64,000 bases of DNA, from positions 788,791 through 852,790 of the forward strand of contig JBMOPU010000012.1 in the NCBI GenBank assembly GCA_049322955.1, written 5' to 3'. This document shows, piece after piece, positions 38,790-48,482 of the stretch. The notes under the pieces were generated by a model. That model was not told where the DNA came from and did not search any database. It was given only the letters and a program-made list of their open reading frames with translations. Position 1 is the stretch's first letter. Every line of letters begins with the position of its first letter. Source of the DNA: Patescibacteria group bacterium (GTDB lineage Bacteria; Patescibacteriota; Microgenomatia; UBA10105; UBA927). Both the position numbers and the translations under genes were made by a program.

Positions 38790-39776
38790 TTACTTACTCC
38801 AATTTCCAAGACCTGATCGAATCTGACTTCTGTAACTCATTGTATTAAATTCATTACAGGGGTCTCTACTTACTTCTTGGATAACCGCGAAATCGCCCCA
38901 TATTGCAGGTCCAATTTCTCTACCACCTTCTGATTCATACCACATACCTTCTCCATAAGGAGTTGAGACTAACGAATCATGATGGGAACCTGTAGATACA
39001 GCAACGATTTTTACAAAATCACTCACTGAACACATTTCAAATTTTTTTGTTGCTCGACCGCTCGTGCTACTCCATGTTCCAGAGTCACCATACACGACAT
39101 CAGACCAAGTACCATTCATTGTTCCGTCCACTGCAACTGTTCCAATAAAAGTAGCAACATAGCCTAACATTGGAGCATCATACGTCAAAGTAAAAGCCAC
39201 ATTACTTCCAGTAATACTACCCGCAACAGTCCATGTATAACCTGCAGGAACATTACTACCAGTTCCTGTAATGTTTCCATTTACATCTTGGGTAATGGTC
39301 ATCGTTTTTGCGTATGTCCCTGGATACTTTGTACTGACTACATCAAAGTCCCATACACCCGACAAATTCAAGCTATACTTTGTTGTACTTGGATATGTTC
39401 CTGTAATATGGTTAGTCAACCACGCTCCTGAACCTTGAACTGGATTGGGCCTATCTAACTTGAAATCGGTGTCACAACTTTTGTTACTTAACCAAGCATC
39501 GTTCCACTTCATCATCAAGTTAAGACTGCCTTCTGTAACTGGCATAGTTGGTCTACTAAAATTTTCATATAGACCATTGAACATATGGGCTTGATAGTTA
39601 TATCCCCATTGATCGTATCCGAGTCCAATTATTTGACCTATCGCATCAGTCAACATACCTCCTTGAATTGTCTTGCACACATCTACCGCTGGCTTTGCGG
39701 ATTCAACGGGAGAAGCGACAAGAACAAATACTATACCAATTAAAACAAACATCAATAGTTTTTTCATCTTGTTCAC
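38790..39776 (-). CDS. Secreted hypothetical protein (signal peptide, Cys-containing, Thr/Gly-rich beta-rich), AT-rich, strong SD
   Basis: N-terminal signal peptide MNKMKKLLMFVLIGIVFVLVASPVESA; GGAGGTG Shine-Dalgarno 7 nt upstream of ATG (unusual relative to other genes here); AT-rich codon usage. Confidence 0.55.
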   Translation of the reverse strand: MNKMKKLLMFVLIGIVFVLVASPVESAKPAVDVCKTIQGGMLTDAIGQIIGLGYDQWGYNYQAHMFNGLYENFSRPTMPVTEGSLNLMMKWNDAWLSNKSCDTDFKLDRPNPVQGSGAWLTNHITGTYPSTTKYSLNLSGVWDFDVVSTKYPGTYAKTMTITQDVNGNITGTGSNVPAGYTWTVAGSITGSNVAFTLTYDAPMLGYVATFIGTVAVDGTMNGTWSDVVYGDSGTWSSTSGRATKKFEMCSVSDFVKIVAVSTGSHHDSLVSTPYGEGMWYESEGGREIGPAIWGDFAVIQEVSRDPCNEFNTMSYRSQIRSGLGNWSK

Positions 39777-39799
39777 CTCCTTTCATTATCAATTTGCAC

Positions 39800-39822
39800 A
39801 AAAAACCCGCCTCCGCGGCGGG
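39800..39822 (-). terminator. Orphan rho-independent terminator/attenuator hairpin immediately upstream of 38790..39776
   Basis: CCCGCC-TCCGC-GGCGGG hairpin followed on the minus strand by TTTTTT; no minus-strand ORF >=60 aa lies upstream of it for ~850 bp. Confidence 0.4.
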
Positions 39823-40677
39823 TGTCACGAAACAACACTACGTACTTTTTCTACGTAACTTTTCATGTCTTTTGTATCGTATCACATCTTATAGTCATAG
39901 TATGTAAAGCACCATACAACCGACCTGGCGGATATGGAATAAAAGATTGCTATGTAGGGGACGGGTATATCTTCTCCACCGATATTCGATATGCACGATC
40001 TGACCGAGGATCAACCGTATCAAACCCAAGCTCAGCCTCATTGCTCAAGATCCATTGTTTGATCAGAGCTCCTCCTATGAATTTGATTGCGTTATGCAAA
40101 GTAATTGTTCAAATACATGTTCAGACAAAATAAACTCATGGGATAAACAGTATTGCTATAATCAATGCGTTGAACCGTCAAAGCTGAATGTCAATCTAAA
40201 ACCTTATCAAAAACTAAATCTGACTATTTCTATAAACTGGTAAATAAATATTGTTATGAACTATACTAATTATTAGTATGACACCAATACTTATAGGGTT
40301 TATTATATTTACATTAATTATAGTCATAATAACTTTAATTCTAGAAAAACACCTACAGATCCTAATGGCAAAACTAGAATGGTAGTAGAGGGCTCTGATG
40401 GAAAGAGCAAAACTTACGAAATGTCTAATAAGGATGCCGATAATTTCACCGAGGCGATCTTTAAGGAAAGGTTTTTTGGTACGAAGAAGTGATTATGTTC
40501 TCTAAAAGGCAATTAAATTACACAAACGCTTCATTTGTCCCAAGCCGCTCCTTAGTCCTCGCGAAACCTCATTAATTTGCAGTCACCCTCCCCATGGCAT
40601 ACGTAACCAGGCTCAATTATATCCTATAGTTTGCAACTCTTTAACTTTTCTTCTATAATTGCCGCCGACGTAACCCT

Positions 40678-41451
40678 ATGGCAGAAAAAAGAAAACCCAC
40701 CATCTCGCCAGAGCAGATGCCTCGCTTCTCACACCCTCGCTGGCTTGCGGGTTTTCTCGAAGTCGGCGGCAGTATGAAGCTCACTATCGTGCGTAATCAT
40801 CAGAATGGGCATGAGACTCCCCAGGCACGACCCGAAATCGCTTACGGCGACGATGATCTGGATCGGATAACCAGACTTCGTGAGCTATGGGGAAGCACCG
40901 ACAAAGTTCGAACGGCGCGCTCCACAAGTTATGCGATTGTCCGAGGTGACCGTGCGGTATATATGGCCAACTCGATAGCTCCTGACGCCCTATCGAGACG
41001 CACTATCATCACCGCATTTCTTGATTGGCTACGTGCCGATTTTACCGAAGACCGTGTGGCGATAGCAGAGGGTGTCGTTGGGAGACGAACAGTTGATCCC
41101 GTACAACCGAAAGAATACCGCGGACTTGTACAAGACCCGGAGTTTGTCGCCGGAGTTATCGACTGTCGGGCTCGCGTGGCACCGGGCGAACAACCGGACA
41201 GAAAAAGAATTTCGTATTGGATATCGCACGTGGTCAAAGTGAATTCCGTAAACGGACCGCTCCTTGAGGCATTGCAATCGCAACATGGCGGACAATTTGT
41301 TCAAATCGGAAAAATGGGAGAAACCGTCCCTATGCGCGGCAAACAAGTTACCCTGAAAAACGATGCATTTGAGTGGATACTCGGTGCGGCAAACGCAAAG
41401 AACTTGATTACCTGGGCAAATCCAAGGCTTCCAATATCAAACGAAAAGTGA
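40678..41451 (+). CDS. Putative LAGLIDADG-like homing-endonuclease-fold protein (two degenerate motifs), free-standing
   Basis: First motif PRWLAGFLEVGGS (LAGLIDADG-like) at aa 21-33 followed by the expected ...DDLDRITRLRELWG... helix region; second motif FVAGVIDCRA at ~aa 148 followed by ...LLEALQSQHGGQFVQ..., spacing (~125 aa) typical of double-motif LAGLIDADG enzymes. GC-rich gene adjacent to AT-rich DNA. Confidence 0.4.
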   Translation: MAEKRKPTISPEQMPRFSHPRWLAGFLEVGGSMKLTIVRNHQNGHETPQARPEIAYGDDDLDRITRLRELWGSTDKVRTARSTSYAIVRGDRAVYMANSIAPDALSRRTIITAFLDWLRADFTEDRVAIAEGVVGRRTVDPVQPKEYRGLVQDPEFVAGVIDCRARVAPGEQPDRKRISYWISHVVKVNSVNGPLLEALQSQHGGQFVQIGKMGETVPMRGKQVTLKNDAFEWILGAANAKNLITWANPRLPISNEK

Positions 41452-41459
41452 GTTTATCG

Positions 41460-42641
41460 TTAACTCCTCTGTCGTAGGAATGCGGGGATGTCGAATTCGT
41501 CCTCTTCGGGAGGCGCGTCATCAGTTTGCGGGGCAAAACTCACGGGCGGCTGTTGCTTCATGGGTTGCTCCATAGGAGTGACGGGTTGCACGGGCGGCTT
41601 ACCGAAGGTCGGAGATTGTCTGCTAAAACTTCCGCCGTATCGCGGATCCATGGCGGGCTTACTGCTTAATTCACGCAGTCGCTTCTTGGTTTCATCAAAC
41701 CCTGTCGCCACCACCGTAATCTTGATCTGATCCACCAGTTTTTCATCGATGATGGCGCCGAAAATGATGTTGGCATCGGGATCCACCGCAGATGAAATAA
41801 GCTTTGCCGCCTCATCCACTTCGGCCATCGTGAGATCGTTGCCGCCGATGATGTTAAATAACACTCCCTTGGCTCCTTCGATGGTCGTTTCAAGAAGCGG
41901 CGAGGCAATCGCGGTACGTGCCGCGGTTGCCGCACGGTTTTCACCTACTCCCGTGCCGATTCCCATAAGGGCGCTTCCCGCATTGGTCATGATGGCGCGG
42001 ACATCCGCAAAGTCCACGTTGATAAGTCCCGGCATGGTGATCAGGTCAGAAATGCCCTGCACACCCTGACCCAACACGGAATCCGTGACGCGGAATGCTT
42101 CGACCAATGTCATTTTCTTGTCGATCACTTCAAGGAGCCGTTGGTTCGGGATGACGATAAGCGTATCCACTTTGTCCTTAAGATTTGCGATCCCCTCTTC
42201 CGCAGACACCATGCGTCGGGTGCCTTCGAAGTGAAAGGGCTTGGTGACAACGGCAACGGTCAGTGCGCCGACTTCTTTGGCAATTTCTGCAAACACGGGA
42301 GTGGCTCCCGTCCCCGTGCCGCCGCCTTCACCGCAGGTCAAAAAAACCATGTCGCTGTCGCGAAGATGCTCGGCAATCTTTTCCCGTGATTCCTCCGCCG
42401 CCTGTCGGCCGATATCGGGATTTCCCCCGGCACCCAATCCGCGGGTCAGGTTATCACCGATTTGGATTTTGCTTTGCGCTTGGGAAAGAAGCAATGCCTG
42501 CGCGTCGGTATTGACGGAAATAAAATCCACGCCGTTAATCTGATTGTTGAGGATCATGGAGTTGACGGCATTACTTCCGCCGCCGCCGATGCCGACGACT
42601 TTAATTTTGGCAAACCTTGCGATATCCGGTTTTATAAGCAT
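41460..42641 (-). CDS. ftsZ: Cell division protein FtsZ
   Basis: Tubulin signature GGGTGTG ([16 protein letters not shown]), N-terminal [16 protein letters not shown]-terminal conserved peptide DIPAFLR. Confidence 0.95.
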   Translation of the reverse strand: MLIKPDIARFAKIKVVGIGGGGSNAVNSMILNNQINGVDFISVNTDAQALLLSQAQSKIQIGDNLTRGLGAGGNPDIGRQAAEESREKIAEHLRDSDMVFLTCGEGGGTGTGATPVFAEIAKEVGALTVAVVTKPFHFEGTRRMVSAEEGIANLKDKVDTLIVIPNQRLLEVIDKKMTLVEAFRVTDSVLGQGVQGISDLITMPGLINVDFADVRAIMTNAGSALMGIGTGVGENRAATAARTAIASPLLETTIEGAKGVLFNIIGGNDLTMAEVDEAAKLISSAVDPDANIIFGAIIDEKLVDQIKITVVATGFDETKKRLRELSSKPAMDPRYGGSFSRQSPTFGKPPVQPVTPMEQPMKQQPPVSFAPQTDDAPPEEDEFDIPAFLRQRS

Positions 42642-42703
42642 AGGTATATAAATACTATGATAGTAGATTATTCCGTCAGGGGCAGTCTCACGGGGTTAAC
42701 AAT

Positions 42704-44002
42704 TTAGGGCAAGAACGACTTTACCAGATCAATGACCTTTCCAGCAAGTCCCTTTACTTGTATGGCACTTCCGATTTTTCCGAAACCGGAAAGCAATGAT
42801 CCTGATGACTCGGATTTACCCGTCGAGTTCCCCCACAACAGCAGTCCGACTCCCGCGGCATAGGAAGGAGTCATGATTTCGTCGATAAGTCCCGTTATTT
42901 TTTGCGGAATACCGATGTGCACGGGCATCGCAAGGTTTCTTCGGGCCGCTTCGACGGCGCCGACGGTCAGCGCACCTCCGCCCGTGATCACGACACCCGA
43001 AGGCGTCATCCCGCCGAATCCGCTACGCTTTATTTCAAGTCCTACCATCGTGAATATTTCGTTGAGCCTCGGCTTGATAATACCTTCGATCAACGTTTTC
43101 TTCGAAATCGATCGCATGCCCTCGGGAAGCCCCAAATCGGAAACGTCAATCTCATCATCTTTTTCAGTCTTGCTTTTCGGTTTCTCGTCTTCACTCAGGA
43201 CGGGTGTTTTGGGCAATTCACCCAAGCGAAGCTTGATCTTCTCGGCACTTTCAAGTGACACCCGAAGTCCCGCGGCAAGATCCTTGGTGATGTTTATCGC
43301 ACCGACAGGAATAACCGATGAATACGAAAGCGCGCCTTCCACGAAAATCGCCACATCCGTGGTTCCTCCGCCGATATCGACTAACACAACTCCCAATTCT
43401 TTTTCCGTATCGGAAAGCGTTGCGGCCGCGGCGGCAAGACCGCCGAACGCAATGCCCGCAACTTCCACACCTAACTCAGACACGCATTTATGCAGATTAC
43501 GGATTGCGGTTGCTCCTCCCGTAACAAGATGGGTTTCCACTTCGAGCCGCACTCCTCCCATCCCGATGGGATCAACTATCCCCTCCTGACCGTCCACGAT
43601 ATACCCGCGGGGAAGGACATGGAGAATCTCTCGAGACGTCGGCAACTGTACCGCTTTGGCGGCATCAATGACGCGCTTTACGTCAAAGGCGGTGATTTCT
43701 TTTTCCGGCTCGGCAACGGCAACCACGCCGTGCGAATTGAGCGATGCCACATGCGCTCCTCCGATACTCACAAACGCCTGGGCGACGGATGCTCCCGCCA
43801 TACGTTCGGCGGCTTCCAAAGAGGCGGAAATCGCCTCTGTCGCTTCTTCGATGTTGACTACCTGGCTTTTTCGGAGTCCCCGACTGGGTGACACCGACAC
43901 GCCGATAATGCGGGCTTCTCCTTCATCGGTGATTGCGGCGATAAGCGTGACTATTTTTGAGGAACCGATGTCTATTGCAGAGAGGATGCGATCGCGTGCC
44001 AT
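42704..44002 (-). CDS. ftsA: Cell division protein FtsA
   Basis: Actin-fold ATPase; DIGSSKIV phosphate-1 motif, VDIGGGTTDVAIF phosphate-2. Start placed at MARDRIL (44002) to avoid overlap with ftsQ; longest ORF begins 44047. Confidence 0.9.
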   Translation of the reverse strand: MARDRILSAIDIGSSKIVTLIAAITDEGEARIIGVSVSPSRGLRKSQVVNIEEATEAISASLEAAERMAGASVAQAFVSIGGAHVASLNSHGVVAVAEPEKEITAFDVKRVIDAAKAVQLPTSREILHVLPRGYIVDGQEGIVDPIGMGGVRLEVETHLVTGGATAIRNLHKCVSELGVEVAGIAFGGLAAAAATLSDTEKELGVVLVDIGGGTTDVAIFVEGALSYSSVIPVGAINITKDLAAGLRVSLESAEKIKLRLGELPKTPVLSEDEKPKSKTEKDDEIDVSDLGLPEGMRSISKKTLIEGIIKPRLNEIFTMVGLEIKRSGFGGMTPSGVVITGGGALTVGAVEAARRNLAMPVHIGIPQKITGLIDEIMTPSYAAGVGLLLWGNSTGKSESSGSLLSGFGKIGSAIQVKGLAGKVIDLVKSFLP

Positions 44003-44018
44003 AAAAGTGGTATGAAAA

Positions 44019-44723
44019 CTAGTAATTGGTGATGACCGGTTTTTCAAACCGCAAATCTATCACCGTGGGCAGTGTTCCTTTCATTCTAAACCCCTCTACA
44101 ATTATTTGTAAAGTATCTGCTTTCGCGCTTAAGTCGCCTGTTTGAGGAAGAAATATGTTTGTATTGCCGAGTTTGGCAAATAATGACTGCGTATCCCGTG
44201 GAGCGATAACCGAAATACCGGCATTTCCCTTCATCTGCCGCAGAAACGACAGCGCCGATTCCACCCGATCATCCGTGACTCTTCCCCCGGTCGAGAGAAT
44301 GCCCACATCAAACACAAGCAAAGGATGCGTATCTTTCCTTCCTACCGAACCCAAAATCAGTCCGTACTCATCCAGTTCATAAATATTTCCGGCGGATTCG
44401 ATCAGCACGAAAGTGGGTCGTTTCATAAGATGCACCACGAGCGTTCCCGGAAATTTCCGTTCAAACGATACGTCTTTGAGCAGGGGGTACGAGGAAAGCA
44501 ATTCTTTACGGAATGTGGAAACGGGCAGAAACAGCAGATTCTTGCCGAACTTTTCCCGATCCAGTTCTATCGTCATTCCGGGCGCATCCACGATAATATC
44601 GCGGATGGTGAATGCCCGAACAAGAAACATGGCAAGGATAAATGTCCCGATCAACAGCGCCGCCACTCCGCCGATGAAGCGTACCGTTCTTTTTAGGGTG
44701 TACGTCGTGAGCCGGGATGCCAT
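44019..44723 (-). CDS. ftsQ: Cell division protein FtsQ/DivIB (POTRA domain)
   Basis: N-terminal TM, POTRA-like segment (IRDIIVDAPGMTIELDREKF), position between murG and ftsA. Confidence 0.7.
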   Translation of the reverse strand: MASRLTTYTLKRTVRFIGGVAALLIGTFILAMFLVRAFTIRDIIVDAPGMTIELDREKFGKNLLFLPVSTFRKELLSSYPLLKDVSFERKFPGTLVVHLMKRPTFVLIESAGNIYELDEYGLILGSVGRKDTHPLLVFDVGILSTGGRVTDDRVESALSFLRQMKGNAGISVIAPRDTQSLFAKLGNTNIFLPQTGDLSAKADTLQIIVEGFRMKGTLPTVIDLRFEKPVITNY

Positions 44724-44732
44724 GGTCTTTAG

Positions 44733-45857
44733 TTATCGTCGGGGCGTCAATACTTCTGAAACCGTTTTCATGAGTCGTATCGCCCCGTCGTGCGGTGCCG
44801 TGGCGGCAAGCGCTTTCGCTTGTTCCTTGCGCTGTGTCATGGTTGCCGTGATTGCATCGATTGCGGCAATTAAGGACGCCGCGGTAAGCTGTCGCTGTTC
44901 AAGAATTATTGATCCTGCTTTTTCGAGTACTTTTGCATTATGGAATTGCTCGTTACCGGCAGACCACGGCAGAGGTATCAGTACGGCAACGGCGCCGACC
45001 AGCGCCAATTCCGACACCGTATTTGCGCCGGATCTTCCGACGATAAGCGCACTATGGTGCAATGCCCAACTGTATTCTTCGGCGGTGAAAAATGCCTTGT
45101 GGATATATCGCTTTCGGAGACTTTGCGGCAGTGCTCTTGCCGCTTTGTCCCCCGCTTCCACGGAAAGCCTCCCCACCTGATGCAAGACCGTGTAACGGCT
45201 AAGGAGTTTTTCGAGGGCCGCGAAAACGGCGGTATTGATACTTACCGAACCCGTGCTTCCGCCCACGACAAATAACACGGGGGTATCCGAATCAACGGCA
45301 AAAGGTGATGCTTTGGGGGGCGTGAGTACCGCACTCCGTATGGGCAGTCCGGTCACTTCCACGCGGCTTGTTTTCGGGAGCATGGCCGTCGTATCCGCAA
45401 AACTCACACATACGCGTGTTGCGATACGGGCGATAATACGGTTGGCTAATCCCGGACGAGTGGTTTGTTCGTGCGTGATAACGGGAATACCCAAAAGTTT
45501 CGCACACAAAGCAACGGGAAGCGCCACATACCCGCCGAAAGACAATATGCCGTCCGGACGCTTCCGAAGAAGCATGATAAACGCCTGCGCAAAACCGACG
45601 GGAACCTTGAACAGGGAAAAAAACGTTCCTATCCCCAAATCTCGCTTCAATCTGCCCGCGGTAATCGGCACAAACGACACCCCGAGATCGTGAATAAGGC
45701 GGTATTCCTCCGAAAGGACTTTCGTTCCTTCCAACGAATACTTTCTCCCGACAAATATAAGCCGCCAATTCGGATGCGATTGTCGTATCGCCTCTATGGT
45801 AGCGATTGCGGGAGTCACATGACCGCCGGTAATGACGAGCGTTATCGGATGGTTCAT
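44733..45857 (-). CDS. murG: UDP-GlcNAc--lipid I GlcNAc transferase MurG
   Basis: ITGGHVTPAIA N-terminal G-loop, GT28 C-terminal domain (VGRSGANTVSELALVG), synteny. Confidence 0.9.
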   Translation of the reverse strand: MNHPITLVITGGHVTPAIATIEAIRQSHPNWRLIFVGRKYSLEGTKVLSEEYRLIHDLGVSFVPITAGRLKRDLGIGTFFSLFKVPVGFAQAFIMLLRKRPDGILSFGGYVALPVALCAKLLGIPVITHEQTTRPGLANRIIARIATRVCVSFADTTAMLPKTSRVEVTGLPIRSAVLTPPKASPFAVDSDTPVLFVVGGSTGSVSINTAVFAALEKLLSRYTVLHQVGRLSVEAGDKAARALPQSLRKRYIHKAFFTAEEYSWALHHSALIVGRSGANTVSELALVGAVAVLIPLPWSAGNEQFHNAKVLEKAGSIILEQRQLTAASLIAAIDAITATMTQRKEQAKALAATAPHDGAIRLMKTVSEVLTPRR

Positions 45858-46996
45858 AACTTGTTTCCTGACTTACTTATATTATAGACAATACCAAGCG
45901 CCGCCAAGGTTACGATCAGCCCCGATCCCCCGTAGGAAATAAGCGGCAACGGCACACCGGTAAGCGGAAGTAACGCTACCATCGAACCCGTGTTGACGAG
46001 CGCCTGTGCACCGATCCACGAACCCACTCCCAACGTAAATAATTTACCGAACGGATCGTTCACCCGTTTGGCGATTTTAAAGCATCGCCAGACAAGAAAT
46101 ACGAACAGTGCAATGACAATAACCGCCCCGAAAAATCCCACTTCTTCTCCGAGGATGGCAAAAATGGAATCGGTGTTTGCCTCGGGCAAGTATTCGTATT
46201 TCTGCCGTGACTTCCCTAAACCCACCCCGAAAAATCCCCCCGATCCCAACGCGATAAGCGCCTGACGGATTTGATATGACGCCCCCAACGGATCCGATTC
46301 GGGATTGAGGAACGTCGTGACCCGGCGGAGTCTATACGGCTGTACGACGGCAAGTCCAGCAATCCCGACAATAAGCACGGGAATAAGCCCGATAAAATGC
46401 CCTACGGGAGCACCGGAAAGAAAGTAGAGTGCCATGGAGGTAACAATAATCGTTATCGCGGTTCCCAAATCCGGCTCGATAATGACGAGACCCGATACCA
46501 TGCCGAGCAACAGAAGGAATGCCAATAATCTCCCGTGCTCTTTGGTGGCAAACCATGCCGAAAGATATAGCACCATGGCCAGCTTCGCAAATTCCGCGGG
46601 CTGAAGGACAAAGAATCCGAAATCAATCCACCGATGCGCACCAAGCGCGCGTACTCCGAGGCCAGGGATAAATACGGCAATGAGCAGGATGAGCGTTACG
46701 ACGATTCCCGGAACCGCAAACCGTTTCCAAATACCGTACGGAATACGAGAAAGAATCGTAAATCCCGTAAATCCCAACAGCAACCATTTCACCTGATCGC
46801 GGACAAAATGATACGGATTGGAAAAATCCCGAAACGCGATGGCCACCGAAGAATCGTACACCATGATGATGCCGATGATGGATAACACGACCGTCGTAAG
46901 GAGGAGCCACCGGTCCCCCCGGCCTTCCGAATTTTTTATATGTCGTACCGCACTCTGCCTATCTGCTTTGTGCGCAAGTGATGCAAAAATCTTCAT
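45854..46996 (-). CDS. ftsW: SEDS peptidoglycan glycosyltransferase FtsW
   Basis: FtsW/RodA family, 10 TM; ATGA overlap with murG; located between mraY and murG. Confidence 0.85.
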   Translation of the reverse strand: MKIFASLAHKADRQSAVRHIKNSEGRGDRWLLLTTVVLSIIGIIMVYDSSVAIAFRDFSNPYHFVRDQVKWLLLGFTGFTILSRIPYGIWKRFAVPGIVVTLILLIAVFIPGLGVRALGAHRWIDFGFFVLQPAEFAKLAMVLYLSAWFATKEHGRLLAFLLLLGMVSGLVIIEPDLGTAITIIVTSMALYFLSGAPVGHFIGLIPVLIVGIAGLAVVQPYRLRRVTTFLNPESDPLGASYQIRQALIALGSGGFFGVGLGKSRQKYEYLPEANTDSIFAILGEEVGFFGAVIVIALFVFLVWRCFKIAKRVNDPFGKLFTLGVGSWIGAQALVNTGSMVALLPLTGVPLPLISYGGSGLIVTLAALGIVYNISKSGNKL

Positions 46997-47008
46997 GGTG
47001 CCGGGATC

Positions 47009-48043
47009 TTAACTCAGAAGCGCAAGCCACAAACCAAAGAGTGCCAAGACAATAGCAAGTATCCAAAACCGCATGACGATTTTTGACTCAGGCCAACCTT
47101 TCACCTGCAACCACAAGTGCAAGGGGGCGGCGGCAAAAAGCTTTTTGCCCGTGATTGATTTTGCCACAAGTTGGACGAGTGAAGATGCGACCTCAAGAAC
47201 GAATATTCCTCCGATGACGACCAGTGCCGGGGTTTTTCCGAGGATCAGTCCGACCACGGCAAAGGTGGCACCGAAGGAAAGCGAACCGACATCCCCCATG
47301 AATATACGGGAGGGCAAGACGTTAAAGTACAAAAACGCCAACATTCCGCCGATCCATAACGCCAAAAACAGGGAAAGCACGGTGTCCAAGATAGCCGCCG
47401 ATAAAAACCAAAATGCAAAAAGCGCAATCACCAGTACTCCCGCGGACAGTCCGTCCAGTCCGTCGGTAATATTAAACGCATTGGCGAATGCGATAATCAC
47501 AAACACCGCAAACGGTATGTACCACCATCCGAGGTGAAACACCCCCAGAAGCGGCAGATGGACGATGCCGATCTTCAAATCGTGTACCAACCAAAATCCG
47601 ATGATACCCGCAAGCAATATTTCAAGGTATAGCTTATGCCGGAGCCTCAGACCGAAAAATCCGTTCTTTACCCAGCCGAATGTTTTTTTCGTATCATCCA
47701 AAAGACCCAACAACCCGAACGAGATAAAGGTGAATAACAGAATCTTTACCTCACTTGCCAACGGATACACCGACGTAATCGGTATCCAGAAATAGTACAT
47801 GAGGACCAGCAACACCGGCAAAAGCAGGGTCGTGAGCGCGATAATCAGAAGTCCTCCTCCCACGGGAGTACCTGCCTTGTGATGGTGGAATTTGTCAAAA
47901 AGCGGGGTTCGTTTATTGAACATGTCGCGGGTGACCTGATCGAGTCTGCGAAGCTTCAAATGATACAGAAGTTTGATAAACGGGATGAACAATACACTGT
48001 GGATAAGCCACGAAAATAAGACGACGCCGAGAAGTAATTGCAT
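47009..48043 (-). CDS. mraY: Phospho-N-acetylmuramoyl-pentapeptide transferase MraY
   Basis: NAFNITDGLDGLSAGV and FMGDVGSLSFGATFAVVG motifs. Confidence 0.95.
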   Translation of the reverse strand: MQLLLGVVLFSWLIHSVLFIPFIKLLYHLKLRRLDQVTRDMFNKRTPLFDKFHHHKAGTPVGGGLLIIALTTLLLPVLLVLMYYFWIPITSVYPLASEVKILLFTFISFGLLGLLDDTKKTFGWVKNGFFGLRLRHKLYLEILLAGIIGFWLVHDLKIGIVHLPLLGVFHLGWWYIPFAVFVIIAFANAFNITDGLDGLSAGVLVIALFAFWFLSAAILDTVLSLFLALWIGGMLAFLYFNVLPSRIFMGDVGSLSFGATFAVVGLILGKTPALVVIGGIFVLEVASSLVQLVAKSITGKKLFAAAPLHLWLQVKGWPESKIVMRFWILAIVLALFGLWLALLS

Positions 48044-48046
48044 AGG

Positions 48047-48421
48047 TTAATACCCGAAACGGGCAACTAATTTGGGTCCCAATATCAGTACCGCCACCAG
48101 TACCGCACCGAATGCTACGGTCAACATCATACCTGCGGCGACATCTTTGGCGATTTTGGCCTCTTTGCGCCACTCGGTGGTAATAAGGTCGGTCATTGAT
48201 TCAAGTGCGGTATTGATCATCTCTGCGGAAAGTCCCAATACGATGGTAAATGCGATGATCGCTCCTTCGACGGGGCTCACCCCAAGATAGGTGCACAGAA
48301 AAAGCGCGAGAATTGAAAGCGCGATATGTACGCGAAAATTCGGCTGGGTGGTGATTGCCCACCAAAGGCCGGAAAATGCGTTTTTAAATGAGATATGGTG
48401 TTGCATCAATATCTTTTTCAT
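48047..48421 (-). CDS. dgkA: Diacylglycerol/undecaprenol kinase (DgkA family)
   Basis: 124 aa, 3 TM; EMINTALE and KDVAAG motifs of prokaryotic DAGK. Confidence 0.7.
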   Translation of the reverse strand: MKKILMQHHISFKNAFSGLWWAITTQPNFRVHIALSILALFLCTYLGVSPVEGAIIAFTIVLGLSAEMINTALESMTDLITTEWRKEAKIAKDVAAGMMLTVAFGAVLVAVLILGPKLVARFGY

Positions 48422-48482
48422 ATCCCTATGCTCCTAAGTATAGGTGGTTGCCCGGTAAAACTCAACGAAACGGCATAGCCGC

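Noticed and set aside
39795-39835. Possible parS-like site (GTGTCACGAAACA)
   Set aside because: Only a partial match to the TGTTTCACGTGAAACA consensus and not palindromic. Better explained as the 3' flank of the terminator hairpin.
42873-43589. 238-aa + strand ORF inside ftsA
   Set aside because: Antisense to ftsA; Ser/Pro/Thr low-complexity translation.
44413-45180. 255-aa + strand ORF across ftsQ/murG
   Set aside because: Antisense to two well-supported genes; no recognisable domain.
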